Assembly: GCA_950097015.1 (NCBI GenBank)
Contig: CATNEN010000010.1
Span: 930,001 to 994,000, forward strand
Length of the DNA stretch: 64,000 bases
Source of the DNA: Macrostomum hystrix
Taxonomy: Eukaryota; Animalia; Platyhelminthes
Direction of reading: 5' to 3'
Positions 1 through 10,409 of this stretch are shown piece by piece. Positions within the stretch are counted from its first letter, which is position 1. Every line of letters starts with the position of its first letter. The translations under genes and the position numbers were made by a program. Under the pieces are notes generated by a model. It ran no database searches. It saw only the letters and a program-made list of their open reading frames with translations, and was not told the origin of the DNA.

Positions 1-81
1 GGATGGGTACATTGGAGATCAAAGCAATCGAAACCATATATATCAGAAGCCCAAGCCCAAATCTTAGCGGCCACAGCAGAC

Positions 82-1146
82 CTGAATATCCGAGAATGAA
101 GATGACTTTTTTAACGCCGGCTTGCGCACAACAACATCGCCAACACTGGAGTCCAGGCTGAGCTCGATGGGCGGCACTGGTGGCCTGTGGCGAATGACCA
201 GCCGGTCAGCCTGGTTGCTGTGCGTCTCTTCGTCCTCTTCATCATCGTCTTCGTCATACTCGGCGCTGTCGGCGGTGAAGGAGCGGACGTGATGCTCAGT
301 GCTGAAGCGCAGTTGCTTTGGCGACTTCGGCGTCATCGGAGGCTGCGACGGATCCTGTGAGCGATGCTGCTGCTGCTGCTGTTTTGGCTGCTTCTGAGTC
401 GACGGCGCGGCATCAGTGGTTCGGCGTAGGAATCGAGCTCCGTCGCGGCCGATGCTCTGGCTTTCGCTCTCGGTGAGGTAGTCCAGGCTGGTCCGGTGCC
501 TGTACAGCTGGTGCCGCATCTCGTCCTCGGCTTCGCGCGCCTCTGCCGGCGTCGGCTGAAGGCGAACCTTGCGAGACTTTGGCCGGTCTGGATCGGTCAG
601 ACTGGATGACAGGCTGGTGGAAACAGCAGCAGGCTGCTGCTGCTGCGGCTGCTTAGATCGTTGCGAGGTTAGACGACTGACTTTATCCAGCACGGCGCTG
701 TGCCTGCCAGGCACCGACTGCTGCTGCAGTTGGTGCTGGGGCTGCTGAATGTTTGATCGCTTAGGCGGAGCCGAGCTGGGCTGAGGCTGCGGCGGCTGCG
801 ACTTCTGAGGCTGCTGGGTCGAGGTCAAACTGGCCGGCTTATTCGATGACTTCAGAAAGCGGCTGGCAGCGGCTGCCCGAGCGCCGCCGGAGCTGCTGCT
901 GGTCAGGGAGACGTCGGAGACATCGGAGCCGAGATGTACTTTTTGTCGACGATGTGACTGCTGCTGGTGCGGCTTCTTCTTACGGTCGGCGGCGTCAGAA
1001 GAAAGTGCCGTCTGCTGGCGCACCTCCTGCAGGAAGTCGTTCAACTGAGCCTCCTCCGTCTCGGCGCTCTGCCGGCGATAGTCGCCACGCAGCTGGCGGC
1101 TGGTTCGCTCCAGCAGCTTCGAGGTGGAGGCTCGAGAGGAGATCGC
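82..1146 (-). CDS. Large exon (355 codons, phase 0/0) of an unidentified gene encoding a disordered Gln/Ser/Pro/Arg-rich protein; gene continues off the left edge
   Basis: Open frame 64..1152. Acceptor ttgcag|GCGATC at 1147/1146 and donor ATTCAG|gtctgc at 82/81. GC-rich codons with CAG runs like the other genes here. No recognisable domain; has an RVxF-like KQLRF and a PPVPP motif. Confidence 0.65.
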
Positions 1147-2244
1147 CTGCAATGGGGCGCATTGAGCGAGAGGATGGAGATATTTTCAAGCGAATCATTT
1201 ACGATCGGAACTCTAATCTGACAGTGTTAAGGGATGACAGTATGCTGACACAGCTTCATGACACAGTCTTGGCTAGAGAACTGGTCCCACGCACCCAGCA
1301 TTTCCCAGCTCTATACTGAACTTGATGGCAGCACGAAGGAAAACCCTAAAAGCGCAGGCAAAGCAGTGGCAGAAGCTGTTATCACTAGATAAGGCCTCAG
1401 CAAAGCTATCCCCAGACCAAAGCAGACTGGAAGCAATCGTGCAGCCTAAAATATCCCATCCAGGGCAAGAGCAAAGACAATCTCCATGCTTCAAAGAATT
1501 CCAGAAAAAAATCTGTAGCAATTTTTGCTCCATCCTGCAAAGCCCATCGATGAGCTGATTTCCTGAGATAAGACCGTAGAAAAAATTGGCCTGTTCTTGA
1601 GCATCTTTAGAGCAAAAATACTCTCTAGCGAAAAGGTGCGACGCTGAACGAACTTACAGTCTGGTACTGTGTTATACATAAACCACAGGTATATTTGTTC
1701 AATTCATTGAGACGCCTACCATATTATGCATTAAGTATAACAACAAGATTCTAATCTTGAAAAGGGTCAATAATATCGAGCCGTCATCCGTCTCGTATTC
1801 TAGTTGCCCATCGGTGGAGGTTCAGCAGCCGCTGCAACTCCCAGGCCTCTCTCGTCTTCGCTCGGATATCTGTAAAAAATGCTGATATCCGCTATCACCG
1901 AACAGCACTGCAAGTTCTCTCTCTACAAATCCCAAACACCTCAACTCTCCAGACTTCCCAAATTGCTAGCTAATTATTTCCACCTAAATTCTATATGCTC
2001 TAGCGTCTTGAATTACAAAGCAAAGAAAGTAAGTAAATAACACAGAATGACAATAGAAACATTACTTGGGAAAACACAGGAATTTATTTATAACAACTGA
2101 AGTGCGCCAGCTGAAGACAAAGTGATGTACATTGTTCTAAAAAATGTGACAAAAACTACGAGTCAAGCTCCAAAAAGGGTCGCAAAAGCAAAACAGATTG
2201 GGTGCATATGACAGGGCGGATAAAGTGCTAGAAGAAAACGCTTC

Positions 2245-5200
2245 TCATGTTGCCATGTTAGGAGTATCGCTTGAGTAGGTCAAGGAGGAAGATCTTCGAC
2301 TAAAATCTGCGATGCAGAGTAGCACTATTACGAGCGTAAATCCCAGAACAGTCCATGCGAGAACTTCACCAAAGAAAATTCCGAGTGGAACTCCTTCAGA
2401 GGACAGATGGTCTTGTCTCTTAGAGGGGCTCGTGTTCTGAATGCGAGCGGAACTCCTTCAGAGGACAGATGGTCTTGTCTCTTAAAGGGGCTCGTGTTCT
2501 GAATGCGAGTGGAACTCCTTCAGAGGACAGATGGTCTTGTCTCTTAGAGGGGCTCGTGTTCTGAATGCGAGTGGAACTCCTTCAGTGGACAGATGGTCTT
2601 GTCTCTTAGAGGGGCTCGTGTTCTGAATGCGAGCGGAACTCCTTCAGAGGACAGATTGTCTTGTCTCTTAGAGGGGCTCGTGTTCTGAATGCGAGCGGAA
2701 CTCCTTCAGAGGACAGATGGTCTTGTCTTTCAGAGGGGCTCGTGTTCTGAATGCGAGCGGAACTCCTTCAGAGGACAGATGGTCTTGTCTCTTAGAGGGG
2801 CTCGTGTTCTGAATGCGAGCGGAACTCCTTCGGAGGACAGAGAGCCAGATAGGAGATCCATTAGAAGAGAAAACTATTTCCTTTAATATTTGGTATTGGG
2901 TGGCCTCAAACAATTTCATGCAGAGAAAAGTATGAAAAAATGAACGATGTACGAGCATATGGCACTCCAAAAACTCGAGCTTGAAGTTCTTGCGCGAATG
3001 ATACAGATAACTGCAGCTTCCCGAAATATATAAATACTAAATAATGTTTTATAATCCATGATTATGTAACAACAACTAACGATAAAAAAAATTGTATATT
3101 AGGTATGCTAAAGGCTGCCGTAGGCAATGTTAAAGGAATCATCTAATAGGTAAACATAGGTGAGCAACGCCTACCAGAAGAGATGACAGAAAATCTAACC
3201 AGCCAAGCAACAGAGATTCTAAAAACAGGTGTTCCGGGTCAAGGAGGTCGCATGGAACACAGCATCACAGTACCAAAGAAGACAATACTATCGAAATTTC
3301 AACTCTATTTTTGTAATGTTCTTTTGCTTGCATGAAAGTTACCTGGAATTGTTGTCTGAATAATTAATATATCAACAGAACAGTCCGCCCCTGCAAACAC
3401 TGATGGCTGAGAGCATTTTGATACACAGAGTGCTTTCCAGTTTACTGCAAACACTGGGTGAGAGCATTTTGATACACAGAGTGCTTTCCAGTTTACTGCA
3501 AACACTGGGTGAGAGCATTTTGATACACAGAGTGCTTTCCAGTTTACTGCAAACACTGGGTGAGAGCATTTTGATACACAGAGTGCTTTCCAGTTTACTG
3601 CAAACACTGGGTGAGAGCATTTTGATACACAAGAGTGCTTTCCAGTTTACTGCAAACACTGATGGGTGAGAGCATTTTGATACACAAGAGTGCTTTCCAG
3701 TTTACTGCAAACAAGCTAGTTAAACGACTCCAATTCATTAGAAGCAGAACATGGCTTACATAAAACTGGGAAAAAATAAGATTCGTTGGAATTTCTAACA
3801 CAAAAACTGAGTTTCTTCAGGGACAAAAGAAAAATTGCGCGTGAAAAAAAGTAAAATATTAGTGAGAGAACCGCTGCGCAATGGCAGTATGCGATTCAAC
3901 TGTAAAGCAACTCTTGGGCTGCCAATTATTGCCTTAAATGAGAGCGAAGTGTTAGAAAAATATAAACATAAATTTGCAAAACTTTTCGGGAAAAGAATCC
4001 GACAAATTTAAGACTTAAACCTCATTCAAAATTACCAGTTGGTAGTTTAAGTGTACATTCGATGGGGATAGCTAACAGTACATTGGTTGGGTTAGCTAAG
4101 AGTACATTGGTGGGGTTAGCTAAGAGTAAATTGGTGGGGTTAGCTAAGAGTATATTGGTGGGGTTAGCTAAGAGTATATTGGTGGGGTTAGCTAAGAGTA
4201 TATTGGTTGGGTTAGCTAAGACTACGAGTACATTGGTGGGGTTAGCTAAGAGTACATTGGTGGGGTTAGCTAAGACTACATTGGTGGGGTTAGCTAAGAG
4301 TACATTGGTGGGGTTAGCTAAGAGTAAATTGGTGGGGTTAGCTAAGAGTAAATTGGTGGGGTTAGCTAAGAGTATATTGGTTGGGTTAGCTAAGACTACA
4401 TTGGTGGGGTTAGCTAAGAGTAAATTGGTGGGGTTAGCTAAGAGTATATTGGTTGGGTTAGCTAAGAGTACATTGGTGGGGTTAGCTAAGACTACATTGG
4501 TGGGGTTAGCTAAGAGTACATTGGTGGGGTTAGCTAAGAGTAAATTGGTGGGGTTAGCTAAGAGTATATTGGTGGGGTTAGCTAAGAGTATATTGGTTGG
4601 GTTAGCTAAGACTACGAGTACATTGGTGGGGTTAGCTAAGAGTACATTGGTGGGGTTAGCTAAGACTACATTGGTGGGGTTAGCTAAGAGTACATTGGTG
4701 GGGTTAGCTAAGAGTAAATTGGTGGGGTTAGCTAAGAGTAAATTGGTGGGGTTAGCTAAGAGTATATTGGTTGGGTTAGCTAAGACTACATTGGTGGGGT
4801 TAGCTAAGAGTAAATTGGTGGGGTTAGCTAAGAGTATATTGGTGGGGTTAGCTAAGAGTACATTGGTTGGGTTAGCTAAGACTACATTGGTGGGGTTAGC
4901 TAAGAGTACATTGGTGGGGTTAGCTAAGAGTATATTGGTTGGGTTAGCTAAGACTACATTGGTGGGGTTAGCTAAGACTACATTGGTGGGGTTAGCTAAG
5001 AGTACATTGGTGGGGTTAGCTAAGAGTACATTGGTTGGGTTAGCTAAGAGTATATTGGTGGGGTTAGCTAAGAGTATATTGGTTGGGTTAGCTAAGACTA
5101 CATTGGTGGGGTTAGCTAACAGTACATTGGTGGGGTTAGCTAAGAGTACATTGGTGGGGTTAGCTAAGAGTACATTGAGTGGGTTAGCTATGAGTACATT

Positions 5201-5301
5201 GGGTGGGTTAGCTAGTAGTACATTTGGGGTGGGTTTCGATAAGTACATTTGAGATAGGCGATGCGTCCAGTTGTCGATAGAATCGGCCGGAGTTTACACA
5301 T
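2245..5301 (-). CDS. Speculative 3-exon small membrane protein (83 aa): exons 5301-5247, 3390-3343, 2393-2245
   Basis: tttttag acceptor 9 nt before ATG 5301. Phases join correctly (1/1, 1/1), giving MCKLRPILSTTGRIAYLKWADCSVDILIIQTTIPGVPLGIFFGEVLAWTVLGFTLVIVLLCIADFSRR...MAT*. The donor gtactt and acceptor ctgaag are weak and I recognise no homologue. Confidence 0.2.
2383..2841. repeat. Minisatellite, 62-bp unit, about 7.4 copies
   Basis: Unit GAGCGGAACTCCTTCAGAGGACAGATGGTCTTGTCTCTTAGAGGGGCTCGTGTTCTGAATGC starts at 2383, 2445, 2507, 2569, 2631, 2693, 2755, 2817. Confidence 0.95.
3391..3713. repeat. Minisatellite, ~51-bp unit, about 6 copies
   Basis: CTGCAAACACTGGGTGAGAGCATTTTGATACACAGAGTGCTTTCCAGTTTA recurs at 3391, 3445, 3496, 3547, 3598, 3650, 3705. 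Confidence 0.95.
4066..5230. repeat. Minisatellite, 24-bp unit, about 48 copies, with an internal ~390-bp duplication
   Basis: Unit TTGGTGGGGTTAGCTAAGAGTACA (contains palindrome TTAGCTAA). The variant ACTACGAGTACA occurs at 4221 and 4611. Explains the LANPTN/GLAKST ORFs. Confidence 0.95.
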
Positions 5302-5727
5302 TCTCGAGACTAAAAACACTATTGTGAATTTATGATTATTCATTTGAAAACCATAAAAATATACACAAAGGCGAGTCATTTGATCGCAGCTAAATGAGCC
5401 ATTAGAAGTACAGCTCAAGTTGGACAAGAGACAAGAGTTGACAAAGTTTCGATAGAACAGAAAAACAGCTAAAAATTTTACTGATCACTTTTTAGAATGT
5501 CAAAATGACATTAACAGTTATACAAGAGACAGACTCCATAAATTAGGACGACTAGACTGAATGAGGCCTACAAGACAGAAGCCAACACAGAGGTGCGTAA
5601 TTAGCATAATTTATGCCAGTCGGGATGACTAGAACTTGATTGCACTCCACAGCTATGAAGAACGCAGAAAAGTGTCACTGCAGCAGCAGCAGCCTATCAT
5701 TAGCTGATTAGGGCATCAGGGCAGAGA

Positions 5728-8700
5728 TTAGTCCCGCGGCACGGAGGCGCGACTGTCCGGCTGCTGCTGGTCCGAGGAGGCGCTCGCGCCCGGCGCCGCG
5801 ACGGGCTTCACCAGGAAGGACTCGATCTTGGCGATGCACGCGTCCTGGTACTCGTGCTTCCAGCTGGCCATGGGGTGGCGGGTTGGTGAATGAGGAGCTG
5901 CACTTTCGTGAGTTAATCAACTAAAGCCACGCCTTACAAGGGCAGCAGGGTGAGTTTTCGCTTATCTAAAGGTGAGCCTTGGCTACAGAAAACTCAAGAT
6001 AAGAGCCCAGACACCAGAGTCAACAATAGCGCGTATATAGCATATAGCAATAAATATAGCATTTCGTAGTCTCGTTTGAGCAGTGGGATTTTTACAATTG
6101 TTTCAACTTCCGCATCTCTACAACTGATCGAATAGATACTGATGGTGTTGTTGCATGACTTATCAAGATATTTACGGTTCACCTAATTTACTTGCTCTTT
6201 AAAGTTTGCATCTACTCGTTCAGTGAGCCAAGTCTTCCCGAGCTACGCTGCGCCCAGTTTCTTTAATGTTAAATCGGAGATCGGGCTTCCGCTAACACGG
6301 CCAATAAAATTTCTGGATACTCTAGCTGAATGATCAGGGAGTTGTGGGGATAAAATCCCATAGAGCCGAGGCGAACTCGCGAAGCGGAGGAGAAGCGGGA
6401 GCGACCGGTACCTCAGTGTCAGTTTCGTAGTAAATAAATTTACCCTAGCCAGTATCGATTTTAGCTGAGATCTGAGTCGAAAACTTGAAGGAAATAAAGT
6501 TAACAATGCGACCAACGGCGTCGCCAAATATGTAACGGCCTCACCAATTAATGCTCAAGAGGAATTCTCAAGAGGAATCTAAGCAAAAAAAACTACGAAG
6601 AAAACTGAAAAACATAAAAACTTTCCTGAAATACAACGCATACACACGTCAAGCATATTAAGGAAAAAAGAGGGAAATCCCAAGTACACAAAGGAAATCC
6701 TTAGTGCACAAGGGAAATCCCAAACTAGCAAGGAAAACCAAAATAAACTATGGGTATCCGAAACACGCAAGGGATATTCCAGAAAAGGAAATCCTTAAAG
6801 AACAAGGGAAATACCCAAAGTACATAAGGGAATCTCAATGGGATCTTGAATTAGATTTAGATGCCAGGTAATGAAAAGAAAAAGAGAGCAGCAAAGCCAC
6901 TCACGGCACACTGTTGTAAGCCTGCAGGCATCGAATATCCTCTGGCAGCTGATCGGGATCCGGAAACAGAAAGCTGGGATCCAGCACTGGGATAATGTTG
7001 CAGCCAGATTTGAGGGCCACTGACAGTTCCCTGTGCAGCCAATCGGCGCCATCCTCGTCGCCTAGGCAACGATCCAGAGCGCCGGGCGTCAGGACGACAA
7101 TAAAATTGCGCGTGCTGGCGATGCTGTGCAGCAGTTGATCGTCGAATCGGCCAGACGGAAGGCGGTAGACGTCGAGGAAGACGGCATGTCCGCGCAGCTG
7201 CAGATGGACGCGCAGCAGAGACGCCAGCAGGGCGCCGCCGTCGCGCCGGTAGCTGACGAACACGTCCGGGCCTGGCGCCGGCTCCGGCTGGCGGCTGGCC
7301 GCCCGGAGAATGCGCAGCCGGTTGGCGGCGCCAGTCACTCCGGCGTCTACAAGGAGGGCGTCGTCGGCCGAGGCCATTAGGCGGCGATCGCAGCCGGCGG
7401 TGAGGAGGCCGTAGGCGAACTGAACGCTGTCCGGGCTGACACAGCGGCGAAGCCAGCCGGCCAGGCCGGAGGGGTCGCAGGGCGAGTAGTCAGTGGAGGC
7501 GCGCAGCTGGGCGATCTCGCGCAAAAGTCGACGACGAAGAAGGCCATTCTCCAGGCCGATAGAGTCGCGCAGATCGGAGTCAGTGACACGCAGCAGAAGG
7601 TCGCCATCGACTCGAGAACGGGCGAATCTGTCAGCGGAGAAAAGGCACTCATTCAGAGCACTGACTGGTAAACATCTTTACATCTGCATCAAAATCCATG
7701 GTCCTAAGCACGATATAGGAAATGCAGGAAATCCTAAGCGCGATGCACATTCAGTCAGGAAATCCTATGCGCGATGCACATTCAGTCAGGAAATCCTAAG
7801 CTTAGTGACGGGAGATTTGACAAAGATCCGATTTACAAATCGAGATAACGGAATCGATGTACGCTTGGTAACTGCTAAAATACTTTTGCATTTCAAAGAT
7901 TCTAGACACGCTGGACCATCAGCAAATCAGAGACTCGATTGCATTTACGAGAAGTCTTAGATCTGACGCACTTTCAGGAGTTCCCATGCAGACTGAAAGT
8001 ACATTTGATAAATTCCAATAGACAAAAGTGGAACCCAGCACCGCTGGTTAGTCGCCTCACCGGTCTACCAGCTCCGGATAGCCGACCTGATGCAGCCACA
8101 GCTGGACGTCCCGCTCCGACCAGAGGCAGGCTGCAGCCGGGAAGCGATGCGGCAATTCTTCGCCGAGCGTCTCCAAGGCCTGGGCGGCGAACCTGGCCGC
8201 CAGGTGGTTGGTGCCGGCGGCTGTGCGGCGCAGCAGCGGCAGAGCGCCGATGTCGGCGAACAAGCCGGCCTTGGCCTGCTCGCGCTTCACCTCGGCCTCC
8301 ATGGCGAAGTGAAAAGCGGCCAGTGCCTGCGCCTCGGCCTGGTCGCAGGCCAGCAGAGTCATGAGCCGCTGGAGCCAGCCGGCCGAGCGGCCCTGCGCGT
8401 GGCCCTCGTCTGAGCGACGGAATTCGGCCGGCGAATGCGACAGGAGCCAGGGCCGCACCAGCTGCAGGGTGCCGCTGCTGGCCACGGCGTTGGCCAGTTC
8501 GCGATTCACGGCCAGAACACAGATGGCCAGGCAGGCGTAGTACTGTACCACCTGCAGGTTTGTCAGACAGGTAAACGATTCTAGCCTGAATTTAAACTGC
8601 ACTTTTAACTAAAAGCAGTAAAAAAGTAGAAGAACAAGACAGATTAGCTCGTAGAATTCCAGCTAGCACCAAGGCTTAAAGCCCCCCAATTTGCAATGCT

Positions 8701-10409
8701 TCACTGGTTCTGACCAAAGCTTGCATTCAATTTCGCCAATTAGCGATTAGCCTGCGGACCGCCTGCCCGCATCTAAGGCGATAGAAAGGCGCTAATCACC
8801 GACTGGATCGATCCGTCCAAGCAGGATGTTGCCGACACCCGAGTAGTTCCAAATGCACTTTACTGTTTCAAGGACAGCATGCCTTGCGTTGTTACATGAA
8901 AACAAATGTTCTGTTGAGGCAGCTCTTTCATTTTAATCACCTGGTCATGCGTGAAGGCCAGCGGGAACAGCCAGTCGGCCACCTTCTGAGCCGCCATCAT
9001 CCGGTGCGCCTCGCGGTCGCCGAACAGCGCCAGGTTGGCAAGAGCCTGGGCGCAGTGCCTCTGCAGGGCCGGGTCTCTGGCTTGGCAGGCTCGAAGCAGC
9101 AGGTCCAGGCCGCCCAGTTTGAGCACAGTTGAGCACATGGCGGCCGAGTGTTTGAGCAGGGCTTCCAGCACAGCAACAGCGGCGCAGGCCAAAGCGTCCT
9201 CGGTGTGCACTGCCTGCAGGCCGAGGGTCACCACGAAGCGCACCGTGTCCTGGCCGAGGCTGCCAATGTTCTCCCTCGTGAGCGCCTGACCGAGCAGGCC
9301 GGCCGCCGCCAGCACCAGTGCCGGGCCGTGGCCATTCGGGTCGGCAATGACGGACTCCAGCGCGCGCAGCAGGGACTCCTGGCGGAGCCGGTCGCACAGG
9401 GCGGTACCGTAGTCGCGACCCCAGCGCGGCGTTCGCCAGGCTTCGTCCAGGAGGCGGCGAACACCGGACAGGGCCGCTAGTCGAGCTTCGTCACCAGCGT
9501 CTCCGTCGCCCTTCGCAACGCCGGCCAGCTCGTCCATGGAGGCGAGCAGCTGGTGCAGACGATCGGCCTCGAAGCCGGGCTTCTCCAGGCATTCCGCTAG
9601 GTCGAACTCCGGCTCGACATCTTCAACGAAGGCGATGGCGTCCTGAAGAGTGAGGGGAGCTGCCAGCTCTTCAGATTGACAAAGCAAAGCTTTAGGAAAG
9701 AGAACTACTTAAAAAGGCCTGTACGGATTACTTTGTCCCTCAGCCCTAAAAGTACTTTCCACATCCTGTCTCTCTTTGAAAGAAAGTCAGAACGGCGGAA
9801 ACTTACGTGTAAGTTGTCAGCCGATCGGCGCAGGAAGTTGCACTGGGAGAAGGACTCGGCGCTGGAGCTGAAGACGTACTGATTTGCCACCTCCTGCTGC
9901 TGCCTGATGGCTGGCAGGCTGCTTTCGAACCGGTTCCGGGTCTGCTGCCTGCATGCCTCCTCCGTCTCAGCTAGGCCAGCCTTGGACAAGTCCCAGTAGA
10001 CTCGTGACTGCTCCGAGATCCGCCCGCCGCCACCGCCGGTAACGCCACTGGAGGAGCCGCCGACGCCGTCGCCGCGTCCTTGAGAATTAACACCGCCAAC
10101 AACATTGTCATCGTCCAGATCTTTGTCATGAGCGTTGTCTGGCCGGATTCCGCCGCGGTGATGCCTTGGTGCAGGCCGTTCAACCAAATTTGCTTCGCTT
10201 TTCGAGCGCTCGCTCAGCCGGCGATCGGGAGAGCCGCCGTTGCCCCCGAGGAGGCCGCCAAGCTGATCTGGCGGCGGCGTCACCTCGGCAAAGAAGGTGT
10301 CGCTTGGCGCTCGCTTCATACCAACGCTGACGCTGATTGATGGCGCAGCCGCATTGGCAGCAACAATGCTGGCTGCTTGAGATGTCTCTGGAGAACTGTC
10401 GCTTGACAT
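5728..10409 (-). CDS. SARM1: SARM1 (sterile alpha and TIR motif protein, NAD+ hydrolase; TIR-1/dSarm orthologue), 5 exons, 884 aa
   Basis: Exons 10409-9807, 9642-8941, 8551-8061, 7627-6905, 5863-5728, all GT-AG with consistent phases (2655 nt). ARM motifs EAWRTPRWGR, LLKHS, WLFPLAF, QYYACLAI, AQGR; SAM1 VDGDLLLRVTDSDL; SAM2; TIR PDVFVSYRR...ASLLRVHLQL...WLHREL...WKHEYQDACIAKI closely match remembered human SARM1. Confidence 0.95.
6672..6815. promoter_or_regulatory. Cluster of kappaB-consensus-like motifs in the last SARM1 intron (function unproven)
   Basis: GGGAAATCCC at 6672 and 6712, GGGATATTCC at 6771, GGGAAATACC at 6806, plus GGAAATCC half-matches. May simply be a decayed ~20-bp minisatellite. 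Confidence 0.2.
7725..7801. repeat. Short tandem repeat, 31-bp unit, about 2.5 copies, in SARM1 intron 3
   Basis: CAGGAAATCCTA(A/T)GCGCGATGCACATTCAGT at 7725, 7756, 7787. Confidence 0.85.

Noticed and set aside
1658-1869. Upstream exons of the leftmost gene (acceptor at 1870; 9-nt microexon 1666-1658)
   Set aside because: The 1869 segment hits stops in all frames before a convincing donor, and the microexon has a weak pyrimidine tract. Neither can be supported without RNA data.
4066-5230. Telomere-like GGGTTAG in the 24-bp array
   Set aside because: Only one GGGTTAG per 24-bp unit, not a (TTAGGG)n tract, so it is not an interstitial telomere.
4022-5252. 408-aa and 396-aa repeat ORFs on both strands
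   Set aside because: Translations of a stop-free 24-bp minisatellite, open on both strands with no non-repetitive domain.
6901-7524. Stand-alone bacterial-type TIR (Thoeris-like) defence gene
   Set aside because: It is exon 4 of a spliced ARM-SAM-TIR SARM1 gene with canonical splice sites.
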